Counted from the stretch's first letter, positions 1-10,004 are shown. The stretch: 64,000 nucleotides of DNA from Candidatus Acidiferrum sp. (GCA_035279745.1 DATEHE010000008.1:8358-72357), one strand, 5' to 3'. Program-made: numbers and translations. The notes: generated by a model from the letters alone, not told the origin.

Positions 1-395
1 AAGACAGGTTGTTGGCCACGCTTTCCACATTTTTTGGCGGGCTGGCATTGTTACTGGCGATGATTGGGCTGTATGGCGTGTTGAGCTATTTCGTCACGCA
101 GAGGCAGGTGGAATTCGGAATCCGTATGGCGCTGGGCGCACCGCGTGGCTCGATCCTCGGCCTGGTCATGAAGGATCTGGCGATCGTGTTGGCCGTTGGA
201 ATTGCAGCGGGAGCGGCCATGTCGCTCGCGACAGTCGGCTTGTTGCAGAAGATGCTTTTCGGGCTGGCTGCGCGCGACACGCTGACGCTTCTTGTTTCGA
301 TTGGCGTACTTTCTATAGTGGCGTTGATCGCGGGATTCATGCCGGCCCGCCGAGCGACGCGCGTGGATCCAATGGTGGCTTTGCGATACGAATAA
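1..395 (+). CDS. ABC transporter permease, FtsX/MacB-like, C-terminal fragment (5' end outside window)
   Basis: ORF is open to the left edge. It has hydrophobic helices and the family-typical tail PARRATRVDPMVALRYE. Confidence 0.7.
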   Translation, partial: DRLLATLSTFFGGLALLLAMIGLYGVLSYFVTQRQVEFGIRMALGAPRGSILGLVMKDLAIVLAVGIAAGAAMSLATVGLLQKMLFGLAARDTLTLLVSIGVLSIVALIAGFMPARRATRVDPMVALRYE

Positions 396-482
396 GCGGA
401 GTTGAAAACGAGGAGGAATCAGCGTAGTTGACTACCCAATTCCTTCTCGCCTTCAGAACCATCGAAATGGGCTGTGATCTTG

Positions 483-1181
483 TTACGCGAGATCGAAAAG
501 CAGGACTTCGGCGTCCTCAACGCCAGTGAGGTCGATGCTTTTCTCGGCCGAGATGGCTGCGCCATCGCCGGCATCGAGCTGTTCGCCATTGAGCCACACA
601 CTCCCGCGAGCGACTTGCAAGTAAGCATGGCGATCCGGTTTCAGTTCGTGGCGCACGGTTTTGTTCTTGCCTAACACAGTTGCATAGAGCGCATTGTCCT
701 GGCGAATTTTCACTGAGCCGTCGCGGCCATCTGGAGAAGCGACGAGCCTCAGCTTACCCCGCTTCTCTTCCTCGCTGAACGCTTTTTGTCCATACACCGG
801 CTCGAGCCCCTGCTTCTCCGGAAACATCCAGATCTGCAACAGGTGTACGGGTTCTGTCGCGGAGGCATTGAACTCGCTGTGCGTCACGCCGGTGCCCGCG
901 CTCATGTACTGAATGTCGCCCGGGCGGATGACGGACCCCGAGCCCATACTGTCTCGGTGTTCGAGAGCACCTTCGAGCACGTACGTAACAATTTCCATGT
1001 CGCGGTGGGGGTGCGTGGGGAAACCCTCGCCGGGAGCGATGCGATCATCGTTCAAGACGCGAAGGGTCCGAAAATGCACGTGTTTCGGGTCGTAGTAATC
1101 GGCAAAAGAAAAAGTGAAGTACGTGTCTAGCCAGCCGTGATTGAAATGGCCACGATCGCGGCTTTTGCGGATTTGAAACAT
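483..1181 (-). CDS. pirin family protein
   Basis: 232 aa with the cupin metal motif [18 protein letters not shown] and overall pirin/YhhW-like sequence. Confidence 0.85.
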   Translation of the reverse strand: MFQIRKSRDRGHFNHGWLDTYFTFSFADYYDPKHVHFRTLRVLNDDRIAPGEGFPTHPHRDMEIVTYVLEGALEHRDSMGSGSVIRPGDIQYMSAGTGVTHSEFNASATEPVHLLQIWMFPEKQGLEPVYGQKAFSEEEKRGKLRLVASPDGRDGSVKIRQDNALYATVLGKNKTVRHELKPDRHAYLQVARGSVWLNGEQLDAGDGAAISAEKSIDLTGVEDAEVLLFDLA

Positions 1182-1218
1182 AGAGCACCTCTCAGGAAGT
1201 TCAGTCGCATAATAGACG

Positions 1219-1247
1219 TTATCACGACTATTGTCAAGAGGTATAAA
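1219..1247 (+). promoter_or_regulatory. candidate sigma70-type promoter for gltA (TTATCA-N17-TATAAA)
   Basis: The hexamers are read directly from the sequence in the divergent pirin/gltA intergenic region. There is no experimental support. Confidence 0.25.
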
Positions 1248-1407
1248 TCAACTCAGCGAAAACACCTGTGAGGCCGCCCGAATTCTCGCTGCAAAACAAA
1301 CATCTGCATGGACTTACGCGCGAGAAGTCCGGTTTCCGCAAGCCTTGCTTTGGTGTAGAGTGGAAGCGTAAGAGTTCTTGCTAGTTCCCGCTTCCAAGGA
1401 TCGCCTT

Positions 1408-2748
1408 ATGGAATCCGCTTCAACCGTCACACAAATGAAAAAGCCGGATGGAGCAACAGCCTCCCGCGACTCACTGACCATCACGGACAATCGCACAGGA
1501 AAGAGCTACGAAATCCCCATCAAGAATGGCGCTATCCGCGCCATGGATCTTCGCCAGATCAAAGTGGACCCGGCGGAATTCGGCATGATGAGCTACGACC
1601 CGGCTTACAACAACACGGCGTCGTGCGTGAGCAAGGTCACGTTCATCGATGGCGACGCGGGAATTCTGCGTTATCGCGGGTATCCAATTGAAGAGCTCGC
1701 GGAAAAAAGCACGTATCTGGAAACGGCGTATCTTTTGCTTCATGGAGAATTGCCGAGTGCGTCCCAGCTCAAGGAGTGGACGTACAACGTCACGCATCAC
1801 ACTTTCATCCACGAAAGCATCAAGAAGTTTCTCGACGGATTCCACTACGACGCGCATCCCATGGGGATGATGATTTCAACGATTGCGGCGCTTTCGACTT
1901 TCTACCACGACGCCAAGGATATTTTTAACGCGGAATCGCGGCGCAAGCAGACGTATCGCCTAGTCGGAAAAATGCCGACCATCGCTGCGTTCTCCTACCG
2001 GCACACTCTCGGCATGCCCTATGTTTATCCGGACAACGAGCTGAGCTATCCCGGGAATTTTCTCAACATGCTTTTCCGCACGACGGAAGCGAAATACCGC
2101 CCGAATCCCACGCTCGAGCGCGCACTGGATATTCTTTTCATTCTTCATGCGGACCACGAGCAAAACTGTTCCGCGAACACGATTCGCGGCGTGGGAAGCT
2201 CGCATGTAGATCCTTACTCAGCAACTGCCGCAGCGATCGCCGCTCTTTATGGACCGCTGCACGGCGGAGCGAACGAAGAAGTGCTCCACATGTTGCTCGA
2301 AATCGGTTCGGTACAAAAAGTTCCGGAGTTCATCAAGCGCGTGAAGGCGGGCGAGACTAAACTGATGGGCTTCGGCCATCGCGTCTACAAGCACTATGAC
2401 CCGCGTGCCAGGATCATCAAGGATGTCGCATACAAAGTATTCGACCTGATGGGCAAGAATCCGCTTCTAGAAATTGCACTGGAGTGCGAACGAATCGCGC
2501 TCGAAGACGAATATTTCATCAAGCGAAAGCTCTATCCGAACGTGGATTTTTATACCGGGCTGATCTATCAGTCCATGGGATTTCCCATCGCGATGTTTCC
2601 CGTTCTTTTCGCAATTCCACGGACATCCGGTTGGGTGGCGCAATGGGAAGAGATGCTTCTCGATCCCGAGCAGAAAATCGCGCGGCCGAGGCAAATTTAT
2701 CTGGGGCACGATACTCGGCAGTACGTCCCCATCGAACAGCGGGGCTGA
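1408..2748 (+). CDS. gltA: citrate synthase
   Basis: Full-length citrate synthase sequence (GFGHRVYKHYDPRA, ILHADHEQNCS). The ATG at 1408 is preceded by AAGGA; the ORF track starts at an upstream TTG at 1378. Confidence 0.95.
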   Translation: MESASTVTQMKKPDGATASRDSLTITDNRTGKSYEIPIKNGAIRAMDLRQIKVDPAEFGMMSYDPAYNNTASCVSKVTFIDGDAGILRYRGYPIEELAEKSTYLETAYLLLHGELPSASQLKEWTYNVTHHTFIHESIKKFLDGFHYDAHPMGMMISTIAALSTFYHDAKDIFNAESRRKQTYRLVGKMPTIAAFSYRHTLGMPYVYPDNELSYPGNFLNMLFRTTEAKYRPNPTLERALDILFILHADHEQNCSANTIRGVGSSHVDPYSATAAAIAALYGPLHGGANEEVLHMLLEIGSVQKVPEFIKRVKAGETKLMGFGHRVYKHYDPRARIIKDVAYKVFDLMGKNPLLEIALECERIALEDEYFIKRKLYPNVDFYTGLIYQSMGFPIAMFPVLFAIPRTSGWVAQWEEMLLDPEQKIARPRQIYLGHDTRQYVPIEQRG

Positions 2749-2882
2749 GCGGCCTCCATTCCTTCGGTTTATAGCGCGGTGCAACCAATTCCGTTCCTTG
2801 GGGAGACTCTTTGCTCCGCGCGCATCCTGGTCGCAACTTTCGTGCCCTCTGTTCGATTCGCGCAGCGCAAGTGAGAGGTGAA

Positions 2883-3281
2883 ATGACACAAACCCTATCA
2901 GGAACCGGCCATCCAGGTCCTCGCCGCCGCAGCCAGCGCGTGCTCATGCAGGTCGCGATACGGATTCGTGGAGCGGATGCGCAGGGCCAGCCTTTCGAGG
3001 AAGAAACCGATACGCTGGCGATCAACGCGCACGGCGCGCTCGTTCTTGTTGGCGCGCGACTCACCAGTGGCAGTAAAATCTGGATGAAACACAAAGGTAC
3101 CCAGGAAGAGCAGGAGTGTCAGGTTGCATTTTTGGGTCCCGTGCGTTCCGGCAAAGCCGAAATTGGTCTTGAGTTCTCCGAGCCGCGGCCGTCCTTCTGG
3201 CGCGTCGCATTTCCTCCCGAGGACTGGACGTCAAAGCACCCCGACGCCCGGCCGTACACGACGATTCGTCCGCACAAATAA
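2883..3281 (+). CDS. PilZ-like domain protein
   Basis: RRRSQR matches the PilZ RRxxxR motif. The second motif is degenerate (AINAHG instead of DxSxxG). The ATG at 2883 follows GAGAGG. Confidence 0.5.
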   Translation: MTQTLSGTGHPGPRRRSQRVLMQVAIRIRGADAQGQPFEEETDTLAINAHGALVLVGARLTSGSKIWMKHKGTQEEQECQVAFLGPVRSGKAEIGLEFSEPRPSFWRVAFPPEDWTSKHPDARPYTTIRPHK

Positions 3282-4634
3282 TTGGTAAGCCGCAGCCGAT
3301 CCCTGGCCGCTCTGACCCCTATGACAAGCGCATTGCGAAAGGCCGCAACGTCCCTGCTGCTCATTGTGCTTGTGGCGATCGCAGCGCGTACCGCTTTTGC
3401 GATCTACGAAATCAAACAATTCCCGCCGCGTATTCTCAACATCGTACCCTTCCAGACGGAAACCGGCCACATCGCCTATTCCATCGCCGCCGGCAAAGGA
3501 TTTTCCTCACCATTTCAAAGAGACACGGGTGCGACAGCCTGGGTTGCTCCCGTATATCCATACCTGCTCGCGGGAATCTTTAAAGTGTTTGGCGTCTACA
3601 CACTCGGCGCATTCTATGCGGCGCTGCTCTTGAACATTTTCTTTTCCGCGTGCGCGTGCATTCCGTTGTTCTACTCCGGCAAACGCATCGCCGGAGCCGG
3701 CGTAGCGAGCGTCGCTGGGTGGGCCTGGGCGCTCTTTCCCAACGCGATCCTCATTCCGTTCGAATGGATTTGGGATACTTGCCTATCCGTCCTGCTCTTG
3801 ACGCTCTTGCTTTCGGCCACGCTCGCGCTGGCCGAAAAGTCCCGCGCACGCGATTGGTGCGGCTACGGACTGCTCTGGGGCATTGCTCTGCTCACGAATC
3901 CCGCGCTTGCTCTGCCTTTGCCTTTCCTGCTGCTCTGGTTTGCTTACCGTTCATCGGCCATCACATCCGCTCATCGCTTTCTGCGTCCCGCCCTGGCTGC
4001 GGCGATCGCCATTTTTTGTTGCGTGCCCTGGACTATTCGCAATTACATCCAATTTCATCATTTCGTGCCGTTGCGCTCCAACTTTGCGTTCGAGCTTTAC
4101 GTCGGCAATAACGAAAACTACGACGACGCGAACCGAGGGCGTCCGGCGGTCGTCACTCAGGATCGCGAAATTGTGCGATATCTCCGCATTGGAGAAACAG
4201 CCTTCCTCCAAGAAGAAATGCAAAAGGCGGCCGCCTTCATTTGGACGCACCCGCGTACGGAGATTTCTCTCATCGCGAATCGCTTCGTGGATTTCTGGTT
4301 TGGTTCGGCGAGACCGCTGCAGACTTTTCGCCAGGCGGATTCCGCTTGGATCCAAGGCATCTTGCTGTGCAACGATCTGGCGCCGCTATTCATGCTTGCG
4401 GGCATCGCCGCTATCATCGTGCGAAAGAATCGCTATGCTTTTCCGGTCGTCATCCTGCCGATCGTGTTTCCGCTCACTTACTACGTGACGCACACTTCCC
4501 TTCGCTACCGCCACCCGATCGACCCGGTTGTCCTTCTCCTGTGCGCGATCGCTTTGCATGAAGGTTGGGCATGGCGTGAACGAATTCTGCGCGGAACTCC
4601 CACGGTCGCGCCACGCGATGGTCAATACAAGTGA
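3282..4634 (+). CDS. polytopic membrane protein, ArnT/PMT (glycosyltransferase family 39)-like
   Basis: About 10 hydrophobic segments and a GT-C-like N-terminal layout. The start is uncertain (TTG 3282 or ATG 3321). Confidence 0.5.
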   Translation: MVSRSRSLAALTPMTSALRKAATSLLLIVLVAIAARTAFAIYEIKQFPPRILNIVPFQTETGHIAYSIAAGKGFSSPFQRDTGATAWVAPVYPYLLAGIFKVFGVYTLGAFYAALLLNIFFSACACIPLFYSGKRIAGAGVASVAGWAWALFPNAILIPFEWIWDTCLSVLLLTLLLSATLALAEKSRARDWCGYGLLWGIALLTNPALALPLPFLLLWFAYRSSAITSAHRFLRPALAAAIAIFCCVPWTIRNYIQFHHFVPLRSNFAFELYVGNNENYDDANRGRPAVVTQDREIVRYLRIGETAFLQEEMQKAAAFIWTHPRTEISLIANRFVDFWFGSARPLQTFRQADSAWIQGILLCNDLAPLFMLAGIAAIIVRKNRYAFPVVILPIVFPLTYYVTHTSLRYRHPIDPVVLLLCAIALHEGWAWRERILRGTPTVAPRDGQYK

Positions 4635-5467
4635 TAATAGCCGTCGTCTTGCGCCAGCCGCACCGGAAGTCCGAACAGCATTGAAAGGTTTTCCGTCGTC
4701 AGGACCTGCTGTTTCGAACCGTCCGCTTGAATCTTTCCGCGGCTGAGCAGCACCACGCGCTCGATCTCAGGAATGATTTCCGAAACGTGATGCGTGACCA
4801 GCAGAATGCCCAGGCCCCTCTGCGCCAATTGGCGCATCGTATCGCGCAATTGGAATTGAGCCGCGATATCCAGCGCGTTGCCCGGTTCGTCGAATAGCAG
4901 CGTCTGCGGATCATGCACGAGAGCGCGCGCAATCAGCGTGCGCTTCGCTTCTCCCGAAGACATTTGCGAGATGGGGCGGCCGGCAAGGTGTGTCACGCCC
5001 AATCCCGCGAGCGCCGCCTCCGCCCGTGCCAAGTGGATCGGGTCGGGATGATGGTGCGGGAAGATCCGAGTGCTGCTGAAGAATCCGGAAAGCACGACGT
5101 CCCGCCCGGTTGCATCTGTCGTGCAGGAAGCCAATAAATCCGGCGAGACGATGCCGAGAGACGATCGCAGCTCAAAGATATTCCAGAGCGAGCGGCCGAG
5201 GATTGAAATTGAGGAGCCTTCGTTCGCCAGCGGATAGCATTCGCGCGTGATTGTCTTGATTAGCGTGGATTTGCCGCAGCCATTCGGCCCCAGGATGCAG
5301 ACGTGCTCTCCTGCGTTGATTCGAAGCGTGATGTTGTCAAGCGCCGGCCTAGACGAAGTTTCGCCGCGCAATACAGTGACGTTTTGCAGCGCCAGTAGCG
5401 GCGCCTGAGCTAATGACTTGGGTTGGCGCGTCAAGATGTGAACTATAGTAACCGAGACTGTTTCCAA
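4622..5467 (-). CDS. ABC transporter ATP-binding protein (stand-alone, ModF/YlmA-like)
   Basis: Walker A GPNGCGKST, signature-like MSSGEAKR and Walker B LLFDEP. No adjacent permease gene. The start codon is uncertain. Confidence 0.85.
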   Translation of the reverse strand: METVSVTIVHILTRQPKSLAQAPLLALQNVTVLRGETSSRPALDNITLRINAGEHVCILGPNGCGKSTLIKTITRECYPLANEGSSISILGRSLWNIFELRSSLGIVSPDLLASCTTDATGRDVVLSGFFSSTRIFPHHHPDPIHLARAEAALAGLGVTHLAGRPISQMSSGEAKRTLIARALVHDPQTLLFDEPGNALDIAAQFQLRDTMRQLAQRGLGILLVTHHVSEIIPEIERVVLLSRGKIQADGSKQQVLTTENLSMLFGLPVRLAQDDGYYHLY

Positions 5468-5791
5468 CTCAGCAAGCGTGGCGGGCGGCGGTTGGTCTTG
5501 AAGCAGGACGGAAACCCGGCGGAGTTCCTCCGGACTGTACCAGTCTGAAACAAGTAGGAGGTGAAAACCGCGGGGTTCTCACCTCCCGGGGTGAGGTGGG
5601 GTGTTACAGAACAATCCCCGTGGCGGCGCTGCAGCCTGCCCTGCCAGGCAGGCTTGCGGCCTCACTCGCTGCACGAATTGTGCGAAGAGACTAACCACCA
5701 AAGGGCTTGTCGTGAATGCTTTGTAGCATCGAGCGAACGACGTGTCAACGCCAATTGTTCGGAATCCAGAGCAGAGTGCGGATGGAGGAAA

Positions 5792-8245
5792 TCAGGAAGT
5801 GAGCGTATTTCGCCTCTTCTCATCCAGAATCTCGCGCACCATCCGCCCCAGGTTTGTTGGGCTGTACGGCTTCTGGAGATAGTGCGCTTCAGGATCCAGC
5901 CGTCTCGCTTCCCGGGAGTAGCCGCTGGTAAAAAGTACTGGCAATTCCTCGAATCGCTCCGCCAGTTTCGCCGCAGTCTCCACTCCGCCTTGCTTGGGCA
6001 TCACAAGGTCCAGAATTGCCAAGGCTGGAGTCTCGCTTTCGCAGAGCCGCAATGCTTCCTCTCCATCCACCGCAGAGAGGACGCGATATCCGAGATTTAC
6101 CAGCGCCTGCCTGGCCATCTCGCGTATCGAGTCATGATCTTCCGCAAGCAACAGTGTTTCCGAGCCGCGAATGTCCGCCGCGCTGATGGCCCGCCCCTCG
6201 AGCGCTCGTGACGAGCGGGAGGGCGGTTGAGCGGCCGGAAGATAGACGCGAAACAGCGTACCTTGCCCCAACTCGCTGTACACGTGAATGAAGCCGCCGT
6301 GCTGCTTCACGATCCCGTACGCCGTCGCGAGGCCCATCCCGCTATTCTTTCCCTTTTCCTTGGTGGTGAAAAATGGCTCGAAGATATGCTCGCGTACATC
6401 TGCGTCCATGCCAACGCCGGAGTCGGATACCGAAAGAACTGAATATCGACCTGCGTTGACTTGCGGGTAAAAGCGGCAATACGAATCATCGATTTCCACC
6501 ATTTCGGTTTCAATCAGGAGCCGGCCACCTTGCGGCATAGCATCTCGCGCATTCAAGCAAAGATTCATGAGCACCTGCTCAATTTGTGTAGGGTCGGCTT
6601 TAATCGGGTCGAGCGGTGTATTGACGACTTTCAGTTCGATGTCCTTGCGGATGACTTTCTCGAGAAAACTGGCGAGGGCGCCAGTGACGGCGTTCAGGTC
6701 CATTGTCCGAGGCTGCAGCACTTGCCGCCGCGCAAAGGCCAACAGTTCGCGCGTTAGCGTCGCAGCCCGCTCGGCCTGCTCCCGGATTCGCGAGAACCGT
6801 TCCGAAATCTGCGGATAACTCCGGCTCTGTTCAAAGCCCAATTCGGCCCACCCCAGGATGGCGCCGACCACGTTGTTGAAGTCGTGCGCGACTCCCCCCG
6901 CGAGCTGTCCGATGGCCTCGAATTTTTGGGAGTGCTGGAGTTGGCGCTCGACGGCGCGCACTTCGGTGACATCTTCCGCTACAATCTCGGCGCACGCCGT
7001 CAATTCAGCAACCGAGAGGCCGCGCGCGTGCAGGCGGACCATCACCGTACCGCCGTCTTTCCGCCGCCACTCCATTTCCGCGCTGTGCACCTGGTCTTCC
7101 TTCCGGCAGGTGGCCATGCATTCCGCATACTGCGCCGGGTAGCGGAAGATATCGCGCACTAGAGCGGGAGGCGCCAGTTCCTTTGCCGTGCTGCATCCCA
7201 AAATTCGAAGCAGGGCTGGATTCGGGTCGAGGAAATGACCATCAGCAGAAACCCGGCAGATGCCATAAGCTGAATTTTCGACGAGCTCCCGATTTCTGGC
7301 CTCGGAAACAATTAGCGCTTCCTCGGCACGCTTGCGCTCCGTGATCTCCTGGACCACTACGCTGATCGCAAATATCATCCCGCTTGAACCCCGTAGCGGA
7401 TGGAAACTTGTCAGCCAGGTGCGCCGAGCACCGCTGTCCGCATCCGGTGAGCTCTGGATTTCAACGTTGAGAATCGACTCGCCTTTCGCGAACACACGGC
7501 GCAGGTAGTCCTCGATGGCTTTTGCCGCATCGGGATTCACGTCCCGCGTCATCAAGCCCGGATGTTTGTCCGCTGCCATTCCGTTGATGCGTGCCAATTG
7601 TTCGTTGACCCGCAGATAGCGCAGATCCGGGCCATATACGGCAAGCCCGATGGGAGCGGTGCGATAGATTTGCTCCAGTTCGGCAAACTGCTCTCGCGCG
7701 CGTGCTTCGCTCCCCGCAAGTTCAAGATGGGTTCGCGAGTTTTCCTCGCGGAGGCACTTCTCCTGGAGCGCGCGCTTCAACGCGGTCGGCAGCCGGACGA
7801 GATGGTCTTTGAGCACAAAGTCATCCGCGCCCTGCTTGATGCACTCAACCGCAGCCTCCTCGCCGAGTGTTCCCGTCACGAGAAGAAATGGAATGTCCTT
7901 CCCGCTAGCTCGCAGTTCCTTCAGAGCTTCGAGTCCGTTCCAGCTCGGCAGGCGGTAGTCTGCGATCACCGCGTCATACTTCCCGTCGCGCAGCGCGGAA
8001 AGAAATTGCTCCTTATCCCGCGCGATCGTCGAGTCCACCAGCATGCCAGAGGTTTTCAATTCCAGCAGAGCGAGCTCTGCGTCTTGGGGTTCGTTTTCAA
8101 GAAAGAGCAATCGCAGTGGCCGTGTGGTTTCTCTCCGCCGGGTTCCATCTACCACCATAGTGCTCATGCCGCCCTCGAATCTCTGCTGCCGTAATGCGAG
8201 CACAGGGGAAGAGCCCGTGCCAGGAAATCTTTCGGTACAAGGCAA
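5792..8245 (-). CDS. hybrid sensor histidine kinase/response regulator (REC-PAS-PAS-HisKA-HATPase-REC)
   Basis: N-terminal receiver, PAS regions, H-box GGVAHDFNNVV, HATPase motifs DSGVGMD and GMGLA, and a C-terminal receiver (DLVMPKQGG). The likely true start is the ATG at 8167 (MSTMVVDG), preceded by GAGGG. Confidence 0.9.
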   Translation of the reverse strand: MPCTERFPGTGSSPVLALRQQRFEGGMSTMVVDGTRRRETTRPLRLLFLENEPQDAELALLELKTSGMLVDSTIARDKEQFLSALRDGKYDAVIADYRLPSWNGLEALKELRASGKDIPFLLVTGTLGEEAAVECIKQGADDFVLKDHLVRLPTALKRALQEKCLREENSRTHLELAGSEARAREQFAELEQIYRTAPIGLAVYGPDLRYLRVNEQLARINGMAADKHPGLMTRDVNPDAAKAIEDYLRRVFAKGESILNVEIQSSPDADSGARRTWLTSFHPLRGSSGMIFAISVVVQEITERKRAEEALIVSEARNRELVENSAYGICRVSADGHFLDPNPALLRILGCSTAKELAPPALVRDIFRYPAQYAECMATCRKEDQVHSAEMEWRRKDGGTVMVRLHARGLSVAELTACAEIVAEDVTEVRAVERQLQHSQKFEAIGQLAGGVAHDFNNVVGAILGWAELGFEQSRSYPQISERFSRIREQAERAATLTRELLAFARRQVLQPRTMDLNAVTGALASFLEKVIRKDIELKVVNTPLDPIKADPTQIEQVLMNLCLNARDAMPQGGRLLIETEMVEIDDSYCRFYPQVNAGRYSVLSVSDSGVGMDADVREHIFEPFFTTKEKGKNSGMGLATAYGIVKQHGGFIHVYSELGQGTLFRVYLPAAQPPSRSSRALEGRAISAADIRGSETLLLAEDHDSIREMARQALVNLGYRVLSAVDGEEALRLCESETPALAILDLVMPKQGGVETAAKLAERFEELPVLFTSGYSREARRLDPEAHYLQKPYSPTNLGRMVREILDEKRRNTLTS

Positions 8246-8280
8246 TTACCTTGGAGTTTGCGTGCAAACCTCATAGTCGC

Positions 8281-9192
8281 TTAAAACCGTCCTAAAGAAA
8301 GCTCTCTGGCTGGTGCCGTCTTGCGTGCTCCTTCCGATCTCCGAAGCCCGGACTCCGTTGCATCGAGCAGTTCCGCGAAGTTCCTATGGTCGTTCCGCCC
8401 CCAGAAACTCACGCTCATCCGCAATGCCAGTGGCCCGGTCGCCGGTCCCGTTTGGTTGTGAACCGCTAAACGGGTCTCCACTCGCTGGCGCAGAATCGGG
8501 GCGCTTGGCTCGGCGGCATCTACCGCTAGTGCAGCGAACTGTGATTCTCCGAGCCGGGCAATGTAATCCGTCCGCCGGAAGCAACCGGCGAGCAGCGCCG
8601 CGATATCGAGCACGGCTTGTTCGCAAACGGCAGTGGAAAATTCTGACTGTAAAGCGGAATAGTTCTCGATGAGAACACACAGCAGCACAAGAGTGCCGCC
8701 TGAGTGCGATGCTGACTCCATGACTCGCCGCCCAAGCGTGGAGAGGCCATCCCGGCTATACAAGCTTGTCAGCGGATCGCGCAGCAGGTCGGCAAGAGCT
8801 TGCATGGTATTGTTTTCCAGCGCAGCGTGCACCACGCGCTCGATGGTCTTGCGGTCCATGAATCCCTTCAGGAGATAATCCATCGCGCCTTCAGTCAGGC
8901 TGCCCGAAGCCACGCCCTTTTCTGCAGGTGCGGCGAGCACGATCAGTGGTATGCCCGGCGCGCTTCGATGAATGCGCCGCACTGCCTCAAGCGGGTCCGG
9001 CCGGCCAAGGGAGAGATCGAACACGATTACTTCAGGGTGAGTCCGTTCCAGTGAGGCAAGCAAGGTAGACAGAGTAGACACCGCGGACACTTCCAACTCG
9101 GTCTCCCCGTCCGGAAAAATCGAACCCAGTGCGGCAGCGGCGTCACTTGAAGCTTCTTCCGCGATCAAAATTCGAAGTCTGTTCCCAGTCAT
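8281..9192 (-). CDS. response regulator with degenerate GGDEF domain
   Basis: Receiver features VFDLSL and YLLKG. The GGDEF-fold region carries RLGESQF in place of GGDEF and LIENYS in place of DIDxFK. An RRTD motif sits 5 residues upstream, like an I-site. Confidence 0.8.
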   Translation of the reverse strand: MTGNRLRILIAEEASSDAAAALGSIFPDGETELEVSAVSTLSTLLASLERTHPEVIVFDLSLGRPDPLEAVRRIHRSAPGIPLIVLAAPAEKGVASGSLTEGAMDYLLKGFMDRKTIERVVHAALENNTMQALADLLRDPLTSLYSRDGLSTLGRRVMESASHSGGTLVLLCVLIENYSALQSEFSTAVCEQAVLDIAALLAGCFRRTDYIARLGESQFAALAVDAAEPSAPILRQRVETRLAVHNQTGPATGPLALRMSVSFWGRNDHRNFAELLDATESGLRRSEGARKTAPARELSLGRF

Positions 9193-9490
9193 ACGAGAGG
9201 CACCTATTGCTGAAATTTAAGGTCGCGGCTCTTGCTGAAACGCCCGTTCAGTCTTGACACGTGTTTCAGGTCAGCCAAGCCGCATAACGAATACACTTGT
9301 TGCGAGACTGGAGAGGACAGACCTCGGAGCAAGACTCTTTCAGGAAGGGGGTAAGGTTATTCTCGCGCAGCCACGGGAGGAGTCAATAGAACCCGATTCA
9401 AAAGGCGCGGATATGCAACCTCCGGCCTGGCAGCTTAGGGCGAGGCAGGGATAACTCCGTTGCTCTTGCGGCTGTTGTTAGCCCCCTTGG

Positions 9491-9781
9491 CTACTGGGTG
9501 AAAATCGCATCTATCTTTTCCGCGAGCGCAAAATCATAGTCGCTGATCCCTTGGACGCTGTGGGTCGTCAAGTGCACAACAACTTTGTTCCAGACATTAC
9601 TCCACTCGGGGTGGTGGTTCATGGATTCGGCGACCAGAGCTACCTGGGTCATCCGTCCAAATGCGGCGACGAAATCCTTGCACGCGTACTCGCGGTGGAG
9701 TTTGCCATTGCTGAGTCGCCACCCGGAAAGCTTTGAAAGATGAGCTTGAATTTCAGCCTCGGACAGCTTCTTGGCGGGCAT
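9491..9781 (-). CDS. 4a-hydroxytetrahydrobiopterin (pterin-4-alpha-carbinolamine) dehydratase
   Basis: 96 aa from the ATG at 9781 with the PCD motif ESMNHHPEW. The N-terminal part of the longer ORF 9491..10033 is probably not translated. Confidence 0.85.
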   Translation of the reverse strand: MPAKKLSEAEIQAHLSKLSGWRLSNGKLHREYACKDFVAAFGRMTQVALVAESMNHHPEWSNVWNKVVVHLTTHSVQGISDYDFALAEKIDAIFTQ

Positions 9782-10004
9782 CGTGTTCTCCTTGGGATAC
9801 CGGCTTACCTCGTCATTATCTGCTCGCTTGGCGGCGGGAACAAGAACTTGCCCAGCCCGCGCGGGATGCCCCAGCTCAGGGGCAACACTCTGCAAACGAG
9901 ATGCTTTGCGCGGGGTTGCGGCTCTGCTAAAATGGCTGCTCTGGGACCATACTCCATCAGGGCATACTTTCCGGCTGGATAAGACGGCCCGATTAGGACT
10001 AACA

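Noticed and set aside
5468-5700. Cobalamin, Moco, guanidine-I or SRP-RNA identity for the structured intergenic region
   Set aside because: Short resemblances exist (CCGGACTGTA, AAGCCTGCC, CCCGGGAGG, GTCCGGAGGAAC). They are in the wrong order or lack the core boxes as I remember them. The question is left open rather than called.
5561-6211. 216-aa plus-strand ORF starting right after an AGGAGG tract
   Set aside because: The GTG overlaps the Shine-Dalgarno-like tract with no spacer. Most of the ORF is antisense to the C-terminal receiver of the histidine kinase. The AGGAGG is more likely part of the hairpin set described in the findings.
9194-9215. GGCAC...TGC sequence resembling a sigma-54 -24/-12 promoter
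   Set aside because: The spacing between GG and GC is two nt shorter than in the TGGCAC-N5-TTGC consensus, and it points away from any nearby plus-strand gene.
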